From NCBI GenBank assembly GCA_046735395.1, contig JBJKQR010000018.1, positions 118,390 to 182,389 of the forward strand: a DNA stretch of 64,000 bases. Reading direction: 5' to 3'. This document shows positions 1 through 9,662 of this stretch, piece after piece. Below the pieces are notes generated by a model. The model worked only from the letters and a program-made list of their open reading frames with translations, was not told the origin of the DNA and searched no databases. A program made the translations under genes and the position numbers. How positions within the stretch are numbered: position 1 is the stretch's first letter; the number at the start of each line of letters is the position of its first letter. This stretch comes from Fidelibacterota bacterium (lineage in GTDB: Bacteria > Fidelibacterota > Fidelibacteria > Fidelibacterales > DSDE01).

Positions 1-216
1 CAGCCTGTCCTGTATTTTATTATACTGTACCCAGAATGGCTGTTGCGCTGAAACCGTGTCCGTCGTATCGCTGAGAGCCCGGGAGAGACTGTCCGGTATC
101 AGGATGACAGGGGCGGACGTGGAATCGGGAACCTGTGCGAACAGGAGCGCCGCAAGCAGACAAAGCAGCCCGGCCAACCCGGTTAATCGTTTCAGGGTAT
201 GACTTGATATTTCCAT
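1..216 (-). CDS. N-terminal part of a secreted hypothetical protein that runs off the window edge
   Basis: Manual translation from ATG at 216 gives MEISSHTLKRLTGLAGLLCLLAALLFAQVPDST... and stays open to position 1; AAGGA RBS upstream; signal-peptide-like N-terminus. Confidence 0.7.
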   Translation of the reverse strand, partial: MEISSHTLKRLTGLAGLLCLLAALLFAQVPDSTSAPVILIPDSLSRALSDTTDTVSAQQPFWVQYNKIQDRL

Positions 217-327
217 GATGATTCCTTCGTCGTCCTTTCTGATTACCTTTGTGTCAGGTAGGGAAATTTACACAGCGTGACGAGAATTTGCAAAAATCTT
301 TATCTCTTTAATCCATCAAATGAAATT

Positions 328-2553
328 TCAGAAAATAAATCCGATACGGGCCCAGGTTCGGACGTTGGTTCCCTGAGAGGCATCAATGAGCGTCATTCCG
401 TAACTGATGGGGCCCAGCAGTGACTGGTAGCGCAGGAACAGGTCAATCCCTGCCTGGGCAACGCCGTTTATATCCGCGTACTTATCCGTATTGTGAAACT
501 GATACCAGCGATAAAAGGGACTGGCATGGAACCAGAGTTCATTCCACAGAAAGCGGTTGGCAATTCCGAGCGAAAGGGACAGATAATTCTGAGTGAGGAG
601 ATAGCTGTCGGCGGTAAAACGGTTGCTCTCACCCGCTGGCGGGGCGTCGTATTCGCCGAAAGGGAGAATGCCACGGCTGCGACGAATATCGGCCTCTCCG
701 TAGACGGCAAAGGAGCGCAGCGGCCGGATGCCGCGGTAAAGTCGGGCCTGGCCGATCAGAAACGTTTCCTGAAGCGGTTCCAGGGTGGCGGGAAGGGACT
801 GTGTGTTTAAAATCTTTCCGAATCTCACAGCGATGTTGCTTTGCAGGCCTTCTTCAATGGGCATGTCCCTGCGAATGGTGGAAGTGAGAATATTCACGGA
901 TCCCTGTATATAGGGGCTGTTGTTGCGTAATCCGGGGATGGAAATCAGTCCGCCTTCATGCGGATCCAGAAGCGCTGCCTTTTTCAGGTGAAAGGACATG
1001 TCCGTCAGAGAATTCCAGCCGATGGCGGCCAGACCGCTCCAGGACAGATCCCATATTTCACTGCTGATCCGGTCATGGCCGGAAATGCGGGATTCGGAAT
1101 TGTACTTGTCATAGGACATGCTGACCCGGGAGGAGACCCGGAGATTCAGCAGGGGCAGATTATATATATTGAAGAGATGGAGGACCGGATTGATACCCTG
1201 ATGCCAGTTTCCGAAGAAAATACGGTTGCTGATATGGAAGCGGCCCTTGAACAGGTCGGTCAGGGATTGTTCGGCATAAAGATTCAGCCCGCCGCTGTTG
1301 TCATAATACAGGCCGGCCTGTATTTTTCTGGGCGGTGCCTCGGTCAGGTGCAGCGTGATATCCAGGCTGCTGTCAGCCGGATCAAAGGCAAAATCTGTGG
1401 TGATCCTGCTGAAAAATCCGGACGCGTCCAGGCGTTTCAGGTCATTTTGAAAAACTGTCGGGGAATATGGGCTTTCCGCCTGTGTTTCCATAAGGTTCCG
1501 GATATAGGTATGAGGATATCTGAAATTTCCGTCCAGGCCGATCCTGGCAATTTTTTTTCCGTCGAGATAGGTCCGGCAGGCTTTCTGTTTCGCGTGAAAG
1601 GCGGCGGTATCGGCCATGAATTTATACTCTCTGCGTATCCGGGCTGCCGCCTTCTTTCCGCTGCTGTAACCGGCTTCGATCAGCTGGGCCCCGCTGGAAA
1701 AGTCGATAAGTCCGATATTTCGCGTGTCAACCTGTATGAAATAGTCCCAGCCTTTGACGTTCAAAGAGTCAGTGGGTGGAGCCAGAACATTGGACAGAAG
1801 GGCAAAGATGTCCTCAATATCCTCAAGCTGCCCGCTTTTCGGGGGGATGTCGGAAACATTGACCGCGACAATGATATCGGCTCCCATCTCTTTCAGGGCA
1901 TCAATGGGAAGATTGTCGTAGATGCCGCCATCCATGTATACGCTGCTGTCGCTGAAGACGGGCGCATAGGCGAGGGGATAGGCAAGAGATGCGCGGACCG
2001 CCGTCCACAGTGTTCCCTGAGTGAGCACTTCCTTCTGACGCGTCATCACATTGGCAGTAACGCAGGCAAAAGGAAGGCAGAGCCGGCTGAAATCGCCCCC
2101 GCAGTAGGCATTTCCGGCTGCGGTTGTAATAAAGAGGTATTCGTTGACCTGAGCATCATTCAGCAGAGCCAGGGGATTCACGATGCGGTTTTCCCGGATC
2201 AGGAGGTTGACCTGAGAGGGAAGATTGTCATAACGATATTCAATGGGTGTGGACGCGGGATCACTTACATTCATGAAAATATCACCGATATTGCCGCTTT
2301 CAACCAGCCGCTCCATTTCGTCCAGGCTGATCCCGGCCGCATAACAGCCTCCGATCAGCGCTCCGGCGCTGGCTCCCGCGATATAGTCCACCGGGATCCC
2401 TTCTTCCTCAAAGGCTTTCAGCAGGCCGATATGAGCCAGCCCCTTGGCTCCGCCGCCACCGAGAGCCAGGCCTATTCGGGGCCTGTCCGCTTGGGCCGCT
2501 GTTTCACCCACGAGAAGCAAAATGCCAATTAATAGTAATATAGTGTAACGCAT
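328..2553 (-). CDS. Patatin-like phospholipase with POTRA-like domain and C-terminal beta-barrel (PlpD/type Vd-like)
   Basis: Signal peptide; LGGGGAKG oxyanion motif, GASAG nucleophile, DGG motif; POTRA-like segment (FQNDLKRLDASGFF); C-terminal LLGPI...WARIGFIF beta-signal. Confidence 0.85.
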   Translation of the reverse strand: MRYTILLLIGILLLVGETAAQADRPRIGLALGGGGAKGLAHIGLLKAFEEEGIPVDYIAGASAGALIGGCYAAGISLDEMERLVESGNIGDIFMNVSDPASTPIEYRYDNLPSQVNLLIRENRIVNPLALLNDAQVNEYLFITTAAGNAYCGGDFSRLCLPFACVTANVMTRQKEVLTQGTLWTAVRASLAYPLAYAPVFSDSSVYMDGGIYDNLPIDALKEMGADIIVAVNVSDIPPKSGQLEDIEDIFALLSNVLAPPTDSLNVKGWDYFIQVDTRNIGLIDFSSGAQLIEAGYSSGKKAAARIRREYKFMADTAAFHAKQKACRTYLDGKKIARIGLDGNFRYPHTYIRNLMETQAESPYSPTVFQNDLKRLDASGFFSRITTDFAFDPADSSLDITLHLTEAPPRKIQAGLYYDNSGGLNLYAEQSLTDLFKGRFHISNRIFFGNWHQGINPVLHLFNIYNLPLLNLRVSSRVSMSYDKYNSESRISGHDRISSEIWDLSWSGLAAIGWNSLTDMSFHLKKAALLDPHEGGLISIPGLRNNSPYIQGSVNILTSTIRRDMPIEEGLQSNIAVRFGKILNTQSLPATLEPLQETFLIGQARLYRGIRPLRSFAVYGEADIRRSRGILPFGEYDAPPAGESNRFTADSYLLTQNYLSLSLGIANRFLWNELWFHASPFYRWYQFHNTDKYADINGVAQAGIDLFLRYQSLLGPISYGMTLIDASQGTNVRTWARIGFIF

Positions 2554-2562
2554 TATCGATAT

Positions 2563-5514
2563 TTAATAATAAATCAATCGTAAAGGCTGTTTCCAGGGCC
2601 CGCCGTTATGTCCGGTGTCATTCACGAGGATCTGGATCAGATTCTCATTGTCACGGCGAATCAAACGGGGATCCACCGGGTAATTTCTGGCTTTGTCCCA
2701 GCCCTGAGAGGCACCGATCAGGTGTCCGTTAAAGAAACTGCGGTCCTCATCGTCCACAGCCCCCATCTGGAAGAGTATCATCCGGCTGCTTCTCAGATCC
2801 GGTAAAACCGTATAGCACGACAGGATCACGATCCCGTCCAGTCCTTCATACCCCTGATTTTCCCAGGCATCGGGGAGCGTGATCTGGGGGAGGCTGGTAA
2901 TATCTCCGTAATCTCCGTTCACCATCTCCTCCTCATTTCCATGGGTGTCGATGTACCAGAGTCCGGACAGGTCAAGGACCCGGACTTTGCAGGCCTGAAC
3001 CGAGCTGTAATCGACACTGTCCCGGTCGTCAGTCAGCCGGAGGGCCAGCGTAAAGGGTCCGGGCGCAAGAGTGGGAGGAAGAGGAATGAGCAGATTCCGT
3101 TCCGACACGGCGGGCAGTGTGAAAGTAAGAGAATCTGCTGTAAGAAGTTCCTGGATAACCCGGGGCTGCGCGCTGCGGTTCGAAACAAAGAGTGCCAGCG
3201 TGTCGCTGCAATAGGTTTCAGGCACATCCAGCTGCAGCGGGGAAAGCATCCTGATCTGAACCGGGAACTTTCGACGGGTGCTGTGATTTTTTCGGCTGAA
3301 GTACAGATTGAGGATGGCGGCTTCATTCCGATCTCGGTAATGAATGCTGTCGCCTGTGGATATGATGAATCTGTACTGCAGGGAGTCGATGGCGAGGGCC
3401 CATGAATCCGGCCCGTATGAAAGCGTCACGGAGTCGAGGGACGCAAGTGTGCTGTCATCACAGCGAAAGGGGATGATAAAGGATTTGCCATCGATGCATT
3501 CCGACGGATAGTCATCCATATCGAATACGGGCCAGTTCGCCGCGGCCGAATCCCTGCTTTCCAGAGCCAGAAGCTTCTGACGCTCGTTCAGGTGTATTCC
3601 TGTCCAGAGACTGTCCACCGCAAGTCTGATCTCCATGCTGTCCTGCAGAACCCTGTCCGGAAACAGACTGTTTTTCAGATGTCTTTCTTCAGTCATTCTC
3701 AGCGTATCATTCTGACCGAGCATGCCGTATCTGGCCCCTTCAAGAAGAGCCATCACATATTCGGCGCCCGACCAGGTCAGCGGCGATGCTTTGCTGCTGA
3801 CAGGCGGAAATGTTTCGGAGGGCCAAACAATTCTCTCCGGACAAAGTCCGAATATGCTGCAATGCTTCGTCATCCAGTTCAACAGGGTGTGATAGCGTTC
3901 AGCTCGCCCGCTGAATGCATAGTATTCTGCCATGGCTGCCGTATTGAAGAAGAACAGATCGTCGCCATATCCCTTTGAGTCGAAATATTGAATTCCACCA
4001 TTCTGTTTCCGACAGAACTGCCAGTAATATTCAGTGCTCAGCCGCAGCTCGTCATGGTCGGGAAAACCGTAGATCCAGCCGAAAATGGTGCTGCTGTTCC
4101 AGGTGGGCGTGTCGCGCTGGTCTATATAGCTGTTCCGGGATTCATCAAAAAGCGTGGGCAGGCCCGAAGCGAGTTTTTGAGCGGTTGCGGCAAATTCAGC
4201 CGACTCCAGATAACGTCCGGTATTCTGGGTTACATTTGCAGCCTGTTCGTACGCGGCCGTAAGGCTCATTGCCGTGGAGGGAAGATAGGCCGGCCATTCT
4301 ATGATTCCGCCTTCGAAGGGCAGGTTGTTGCTGTGCAGCCGCGCTTCCGGAAACTGCAGAAGCGAGCGCATGAGATTCAGATCCCCGTGAACCTGCCCGG
4401 TGATTTGCCGGTAGCGATAAATCAGGGATGCAAAATATCCGTTGCTGTCCCACTCAGGTGTGTTGTACCGTGCGCCGCTTCCGCCATCGTTGGGATTTCC
4501 GAAAGCATCATAGCGGGCATACCACTCCCCTTCCTGCTTCATCGGCCGCTGCACCCAGTAGTTCAGGATCTGATCCGTCTCCGCAAAGTGTCCGGTTTCC
4601 AGAAAGGCACGGGCCGTCATCAAGGCGTCCCGGGGATAAATCTGGGGCAGGGAATCCGTCATGAACTCTCCCGAAAGATCCGCGGGAACAGCTCCCTTCA
4701 GGTTCACGGCACGGAGGCCGGCCAGATTGATGCGGTACAGGGACCGGAGCAGGGAATCTCCGAAATCGGGTTCGATGCCGCTTTTTATCCATTTTGTCCA
4801 TCCCTGTGTGCCATAGGCGGCAGGATCCGGAAGAACTGACAGTTTTCGGAAGATATTCGCGGCTTTATTTGTGTTTTTGCTGATGGCAATGACATAGCGA
4901 AAGTCGCTCGTCTGGCCCGGCGCCAGCAGCATTTCCCGGGGAGAAGCGATTTCGTCCGTATTCATCGTATTGTGGTCATCCGAAAATCCGTAGCTGAAAA
5001 TAAATTCATCCGCATAAAGATTGCTGTAGTTTTCATAATGATCACAGATGGTTTCTCTGTCGAACTGAAAATGTGGCTGGATGGAAACGTGAATACGGTT
5101 ACGGCTTTGGTTGGTCACGCTTCCGTAAATCAGGATGGCATTTTCGAAGGCCGGAACAAAAGCATGATATTGATAAACTATTGAACTGTTAATTCCTTTA
5201 TAGGTTGCTGCAAACCAGGGAAAAGAGGAGAGTGTCTCCTGGAGGCTGTCCCGCGTGGAGGAAATGTCCAGACGAAAATCTCTCATGATAACGCGGGAAT
5301 AGTCGCCGATATAGAGATTATGAAAGGACCAGCCCCGATTGTCCTGTTCAGATCCGTTGCCGAAGAGAAGAACCATATTCCCGTTACCCAGAACCTTTGA
5401 TCCCTGCGATGTTCCGTAAACGGGAAGTTTGGTTTCGGGCTTGGATTCGGAATGGCTGCAGCCCGTCAGAATGATGAACGTGAAGCCGAGGAGCATGAAC
5501 AGATGTTTTCGCAT
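2563..5514 (-). CDS. Lipoprotein with GH15-like (alpha/alpha)6 glycoside hydrolase domain and C-terminal galactose-binding-like jelly-roll domain
   Basis: Lipobox ILTGC; YPRDA, LCPER and ASPLTWS resemble GH15 motifs (WxRD, LPEQ, PLxWS); C-terminal GAVDDEDRSFFNG...NLIQILVND; start moved to ATG 5514 (GGAG RBS). Confidence 0.7.
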   Translation of the reverse strand: MRKHLFMLLGFTFIILTGCSHSESKPETKLPVYGTSQGSKVLGNGNMVLLFGNGSEQDNRGWSFHNLYIGDYSRVIMRDFRLDISSTRDSLQETLSSFPWFAATYKGINSSIVYQYHAFVPAFENAILIYGSVTNQSRNRIHVSIQPHFQFDRETICDHYENYSNLYADEFIFSYGFSDDHNTMNTDEIASPREMLLAPGQTSDFRYVIAISKNTNKAANIFRKLSVLPDPAAYGTQGWTKWIKSGIEPDFGDSLLRSLYRINLAGLRAVNLKGAVPADLSGEFMTDSLPQIYPRDALMTARAFLETGHFAETDQILNYWVQRPMKQEGEWYARYDAFGNPNDGGSGARYNTPEWDSNGYFASLIYRYRQITGQVHGDLNLMRSLLQFPEARLHSNNLPFEGGIIEWPAYLPSTAMSLTAAYEQAANVTQNTGRYLESAEFAATAQKLASGLPTLFDESRNSYIDQRDTPTWNSSTIFGWIYGFPDHDELRLSTEYYWQFCRKQNGGIQYFDSKGYGDDLFFFNTAAMAEYYAFSGRAERYHTLLNWMTKHCSIFGLCPERIVWPSETFPPVSSKASPLTWSGAEYVMALLEGARYGMLGQNDTLRMTEERHLKNSLFPDRVLQDSMEIRLAVDSLWTGIHLNERQKLLALESRDSAAANWPVFDMDDYPSECIDGKSFIIPFRCDDSTLASLDSVTLSYGPDSWALAIDSLQYRFIISTGDSIHYRDRNEAAILNLYFSRKNHSTRRKFPVQIRMLSPLQLDVPETYCSDTLALFVSNRSAQPRVIQELLTADSLTFTLPAVSERNLLIPLPPTLAPGPFTLALRLTDDRDSVDYSSVQACKVRVLDLSGLWYIDTHGNEEEMVNGDYGDITSLPQITLPDAWENQGYEGLDGIVILSCYTVLPDLRSSRMILFQMGAVDDEDRSFFNGHLIGASQGWDKARNYPVDPRLIRRDNENLIQILVNDTGHNGGPWKQPLRLIYY

Positions 5515-5525
5515 TTTGTACTCCA

Positions 5526-6014
5526 TCATTTTTTATAGGAGTTGTCACCAAATTTAATAACCTGCAGACGCACCTGTGTTGTTCCGAGGGTATCGAAACC
5601 CAGCTCTTTCGCCGCAGCATAGCTTAAATCGATAAGGCGCCCTTCCACATAGGGGCCACGATCATTGATACGAACTTTGGTGCTTCGGTTGTTGGCCAGG
5701 TTGGTAACCTTGACGATGGTTCCCAGCGGAAGTGTTTTGTGGGCCGCAGTTTTTGCGTGCTTGTCAAAGATTTCGCCGTTGGCGGTGAGTTTTCCGACGA
5801 AATCATCGCCATACCAGGATGCGATGCCCACCCATGTTCTCTGATAACTTAATTTCGGATTATGGGTTACCGGGATAAATTTGGTTTTTGATTCGCTGCG
5901 GAGCGCGGGAAGATGCGTCGTGGTATTTGTTGTATAACGTGGTGCGGAACTGCAGGCGGTCATGGCCATCACCATACAGGCTGAGACAAAGGATGAAAGA
6001 CGGAATTTATTCAT
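5526..6014 (-). CDS. rlpA: Septal ring lytic transglycosylase RlpA family lipoprotein (DPBB domain, no SPOR domain)
   Basis: GIASWYG, TANGE, TAAHKTLPLGT, VRINDRGPY, IDLSYAAA motifs; lipobox MTAC; start at ATG 6014. Confidence 0.93.
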   Translation of the reverse strand: MNKFRLSSFVSACMVMAMTACSSAPRYTTNTTTHLPALRSESKTKFIPVTHNPKLSYQRTWVGIASWYGDDFVGKLTANGEIFDKHAKTAAHKTLPLGTIVKVTNLANNRSTKVRINDRGPYVEGRLIDLSYAAAKELGFDTLGTTQVRLQVIKFGDNSYKK

Positions 6015-7830
6015 GGGACTGATTTTCCTCAGGGGTTTCCTGCGGCAGTGCGGCACTGCTGTCGCTCAGCATGCTTTCATTTATAATGCCTGTAAGTTTG
6101 ATAATGCGTGATTTACTGTCCTCGGCATAGGACGTTTGCGGGAAACTGTCGGCCACTACCTGGTAATAATATAGCGCGCTGTCGAGGTCATTCAGACCGC
6201 TGTCATAGATCCAGGCCAGATAATGCCAGCTCTGGGCCAGACTCAGAGTATCCCGAAGCTGGGGAATCAGCGCCATGAACTGTCGGATCAGTGTGTGGGA
6301 TTCTGTGGAATCAGCGGTGGATTCGATATGATATACTTTTTTCTGATCCTCTTCGCGAATAGCTTGGGGTGAAAATTCCTTTCCTGAGGCGTATGCAGTA
6401 TATGGAGAATCCGGATATCGTGAAATGAGTTCGTTGATCAGGCTGTCTGCCCGGAGTGTGTCACCCAGCTCCGTTCTGTTCAGGAAAGCCCTGGCATAAA
6501 GGAGCCATGGCAGTTTTCGGGAAAAGGGAAAATCGCGTTCAATATTTCTGTAAATTTTTAGGCTTGAATCATGGAGGGAAAAGGTAAAGGAAAGTATTTC
6601 TGCCTGATTTGCCAGCTCGGTCACGTATTTTTCCGCATCCACTTTATACGATTCGAGTTGAAGCGCTGCAGCACTGTCAATTGCGGCACTGTCCAGCAGA
6701 CTTTCATAATAAGAAAGAGGGCTATCTTTAAGCTGATGGGTTTTTCTCTCAAGCTGGATCAGATGTGACCGCTGACCGGAAAATTGCATAATGGTCTTGA
6801 GCCGGTTCTTGCTTTCTCCCGCCTCGAAGGAATTCTTGTCATTGCGGATACAGGAATTGTAGTATTCCTGAGCTTTCAGCAGGTCCCCGCGCAGATAGAG
6901 TTCCATTTCGCCGATTCGAAAGCCGGCGACAGACGCCTGAAGGGTATTGGGGTACTCCTCAATAATGCTTTTATTTCGCTCTATTGCCCGGTCAATGTCT
7001 CCCAGATTGCGGTAAATTTCCGCGAGTTCGAGGTTCAGGTCCGGATACAGTGTCTGGTATTTTTCATCCACGAGCATTTCTTTTATGATGTTTTCGGAGG
7101 CAGCGTAGTTTTTTTCCAGCCGGTACACTTTTGCATAGAGCAGCTGGGCTTTGGCCCGTAATTCCCGGTTTACGCTGAGTTCCCGGACCTGATCCAGCTC
7201 CTGTAAGGCCTGGTCCATTCGATCGGTATTGATGAGATGATTGGCATATTCGTAATATAGTTCAGCTTTGCGCTCCTTATCTTTAATGATCGTCACCGCT
7301 TTCTGGTAGGCCGTATCTGCCAGGGCCATATTCCCTTCTTCGACAGCGAGTTGAGCGTAGAGAATCATGGCATCCCCGATGTAATCGGTATTGCGCGGAT
7401 CTTCGGTAAAGGTCTCCAGGAGTGAAAATGCCAGTTTCTTTTCATTATTCATATAATTGCAACGTGCGATCCAGAGCATGGCTTCCTGATAATAGGGAGA
7501 CTGGGGAAATTCAATAGTCAGGCGCCGGAACATTTTGCGGGCTACAATATATTTTTCCAGTCGGTAATTGGACACCGCGTAAATATACATGGAATTATCC
7601 ACCCATTTGGAGTCGGGGAAATTTTCGATCACTTTCTGTGACTTGGCAATGGCGGATTCATAATCCTGGGTCAGCTGACGGGGAAATTTCCTGTTTTCAT
7701 CCAGCTTCCGGTAGGTGTCTTCCGCACCTTTGAATTTTTCCTGGGCATTGTAAAAAGTATTAAAATACGCGCAGCCCGCCGAGAAGAGGTACAAGGACAG
7801 CGCTGCTGAAAGGAATAGTTTTTTTTGCAC
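6007..7830 (-). CDS. Tetratricopeptide-repeat lipoprotein
   Basis: Lipobox SAGC followed by AYFNTFYNA; repeated TPR signatures (FPDSKWVD, FPQSPY, YPNT, YPDSPY). Confidence 0.85.
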   Translation of the reverse strand: MQKKLFLSAALSLYLFSAGCAYFNTFYNAQEKFKGAEDTYRKLDENRKFPRQLTQDYESAIAKSQKVIENFPDSKWVDNSMYIYAVSNYRLEKYIVARKMFRRLTIEFPQSPYYQEAMLWIARCNYMNNEKKLAFSLLETFTEDPRNTDYIGDAMILYAQLAVEEGNMALADTAYQKAVTIIKDKERKAELYYEYANHLINTDRMDQALQELDQVRELSVNRELRAKAQLLYAKVYRLEKNYAASENIIKEMLVDEKYQTLYPDLNLELAEIYRNLGDIDRAIERNKSIIEEYPNTLQASVAGFRIGEMELYLRGDLLKAQEYYNSCIRNDKNSFEAGESKNRLKTIMQFSGQRSHLIQLERKTHQLKDSPLSYYESLLDSAAIDSAAALQLESYKVDAEKYVTELANQAEILSFTFSLHDSSLKIYRNIERDFPFSRKLPWLLYARAFLNRTELGDTLRADSLINELISRYPDSPYTAYASGKEFSPQAIREEDQKKVYHIESTADSTESHTLIRQFMALIPQLRDTLSLAQSWHYLAWIYDSGLNDLDSALYYYQVVADSFPQTSYAEDSKSRIIKLTGIINESMLSDSSAALPQETPEENQSHE

Positions 7831-7843
7831 TCGATATGATCCT

Positions 7844-8584
7844 TCAGTTTAATAATTCTCTGAATTTTTTAAGCAGAACCGGCATGATGTCACCGGCAGC
7901 TCCGGCAAAATGTGCAGTGGCATAGGAGCTGAGTTCGGTCCTTTCCGGGTTGATTTCAATGAGAGCCGCACCGTGCTGCAGAGCCGCGAGAGGGAGGGCT
8001 GCCGCAGGATACACCACCGAACTGGTTCCGATTGACAGGAACAGGTCAGAATGGACTGCGGCTTCCTGCGCCTTCTGAAGCGTTTCCGGATTCAGCATTT
8101 CACCGAACCATACGATATCCGGCCGGATGGCTGCACCGCAGGAACAAACCGGAGCTGTCTTTTCTTCAGGAGGGTATTGAATGTCGTAGCGTATCCCACA
8201 GTGACTGCAGATATTTTTCTCAATATTTCCATGAAGCTCCAGTATCCTTCGGCTTCCCGCACGTTCATGCAGGCCGTCCACATTCTGTGTGATGAGGGTT
8301 AAACGTGGGAACAGGCCCTCAAGTTCCGCGATGGCCAGATGCGCCGCATTGGGACGGGCTTTTCGAACTATTGTCCGGCGAAACTGATACCATTCCCATA
8401 CCAGATCGGGATTTCTGCGAAATGCCTCCGGATTGGCAAGTTCTTCGGGACGGTAGGTCTTCCAGAGTCCGTCTTCACCTCTGAAGGTGGGAATACCGCT
8501 TTCCCGGCTGATGCCGGCACCCGTGAGAACGGTGATCTGCGCATTTTTCTGAATGCGGCCGGTGATGTCAGTTGGGATCAGCAT
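7844..8584 (-). CDS. cobB: NAD-dependent protein deacylase (class III sirtuin)
   Basis: GAGISRESGIPTFRG, TQNVDGLH, LHG, Zn-binding cysteines, RPDIVWFGE, GTS; YxxR (YQFR) desuccinylase-type motif. Confidence 0.95.
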   Translation of the reverse strand: MLIPTDITGRIQKNAQITVLTGAGISRESGIPTFRGEDGLWKTYRPEELANPEAFRRNPDLVWEWYQFRRTIVRKARPNAAHLAIAELEGLFPRLTLITQNVDGLHERAGSRRILELHGNIEKNICSHCGIRYDIQYPPEEKTAPVCSCGAAIRPDIVWFGEMLNPETLQKAQEAAVHSDLFLSIGTSSVVYPAAALPLAALQHGAALIEINPERTELSSYATAHFAGAAGDIMPVLLKKFRELLN

Positions 8585-9662
8585 AAGGCTTGCATTGACC
8601 GTTATTCATTGTATAGACGATTCGGCTTCCCTTTGCAAAGGGATTCCCGTCGAAGATGAGCATGGACGCAGCTGCGTTCACAGAAAGCGGCTCGGGAGAG
8701 GAGGGTCCTTCGTAAAACCGGTTTACATTCCGGCTCATGATGTCGAGAACGGGAAGGGTGGGATGGCTGCGGAGGATGGTCTGCCAGTTCCGGCAATCCC
8801 GAATGAGAATCCTGTCCGTGGGCAGCGTGCAGGACCCTGTACCCGCATAGTTGAAATAGGCCGGGAAATCAGGGAAGATGAAAAAACAGTCCGGGTTCAG
8901 GGTAATATCCGACAGGAGGCTGTCGGAAAAGGGAAAGAAGAAGGCCATTTTATCAGCTGAAACCAGGCTGTCCCGAACAGTAAGATCCGTCCGGGCCCCC
9001 GGGCTGAAATATCTGCAGATTTGGAGATGGGACCGGCTGGCACTCAACCAGGCATGTTTCAGGGAAGATCCGCTGAAAATATCAGTTGAATAGGGGATTG
9101 ACGCGTCATCCTGAGCGAAAAAAATATATTGTTTCAGGGATTGGTAAAAGCGTTCGAAATCATGCCAGGCGGCATCGGGGACGTCGAAAAGGACAGGTCT
9201 CAGTGTTTTGTCATTTGATCCGGGAAGGTATTTTACAACCAGTGCGGGCGAGGATGAAAGGGGATTGTAGTGGAGATAGATGGACTGTGCCTCACAGCCC
9301 CGGGCTTTACGGATGCGGGTCAGTAGCGTGTCATCAATGAGACATTCGGTATTGACGGGCCCGCTCAGCAGACTGTCATCGGTGGTCTGGACGAACTGCA
9401 GGGGCAGGGAAAGGGCGGGAACAGCCCAGAAATTTGAAAAATCAATACTGAAGGGCAGATCGTCCTGCCCGGGTTTCTGAAGATCCAGAATCACGCCACC
9501 CTTGACTTGTAGATACAATGGCCCTTGAAAATGGTTGGATCCGGTATAGATATGGCCGATCAGGTAATGCTCGAATACCGGCGGCTCAGCTGCAGTCAGG
9601 GACAGGATTGATCCCATGACGGCGATGGCAGCGAGGATTTTAATAACCCGTTCAGCAGCCAT
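8568..9662 (-). CDS. Secreted protein, highly degenerate amidohydrolase-like fold
   Basis: Start ATG 9662 gives a signal peptide; N-terminal HIYTGSN...LQVKGGVILDL...WAVPAL and C-terminal ASMLIFDGNPF...IVYTMNNGQ resemble the amidohydrolase beta-sandwich; no HxH motif. Confidence 0.55.
   Translation of the reverse strand: MAAERVIKILAAIAVMGSILSLTAAEPPVFEHYLIGHIYTGSNHFQGPLYLQVKGGVILDLQKPGQDDLPFSIDFSNFWAVPALSLPLQFVQTTDDSLLSGPVNTECLIDDTLLTRIRKARGCEAQSIYLHYNPLSSSPALVVKYLPGSNDKTLRPVLFDVPDAAWHDFERFYQSLKQYIFFAQDDASIPYSTDIFSGSSLKHAWLSASRSHLQICRYFSPGARTDLTVRDSLVSADKMAFFFPFSDSLLSDITLNPDCFFIFPDFPAYFNYAGTGSCTLPTDRILIRDCRNWQTILRSHPTLPVLDIMSRNVNRFYEGPSSPEPLSVNAAASMLIFDGNPFAKGSRIVYTMNNGQCKPYADPN

Noticed and set aside
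958..2532. 524-aa plus-strand ORF
   Set aside because: Antisense shadow of the patatin gene; no recognisable motifs
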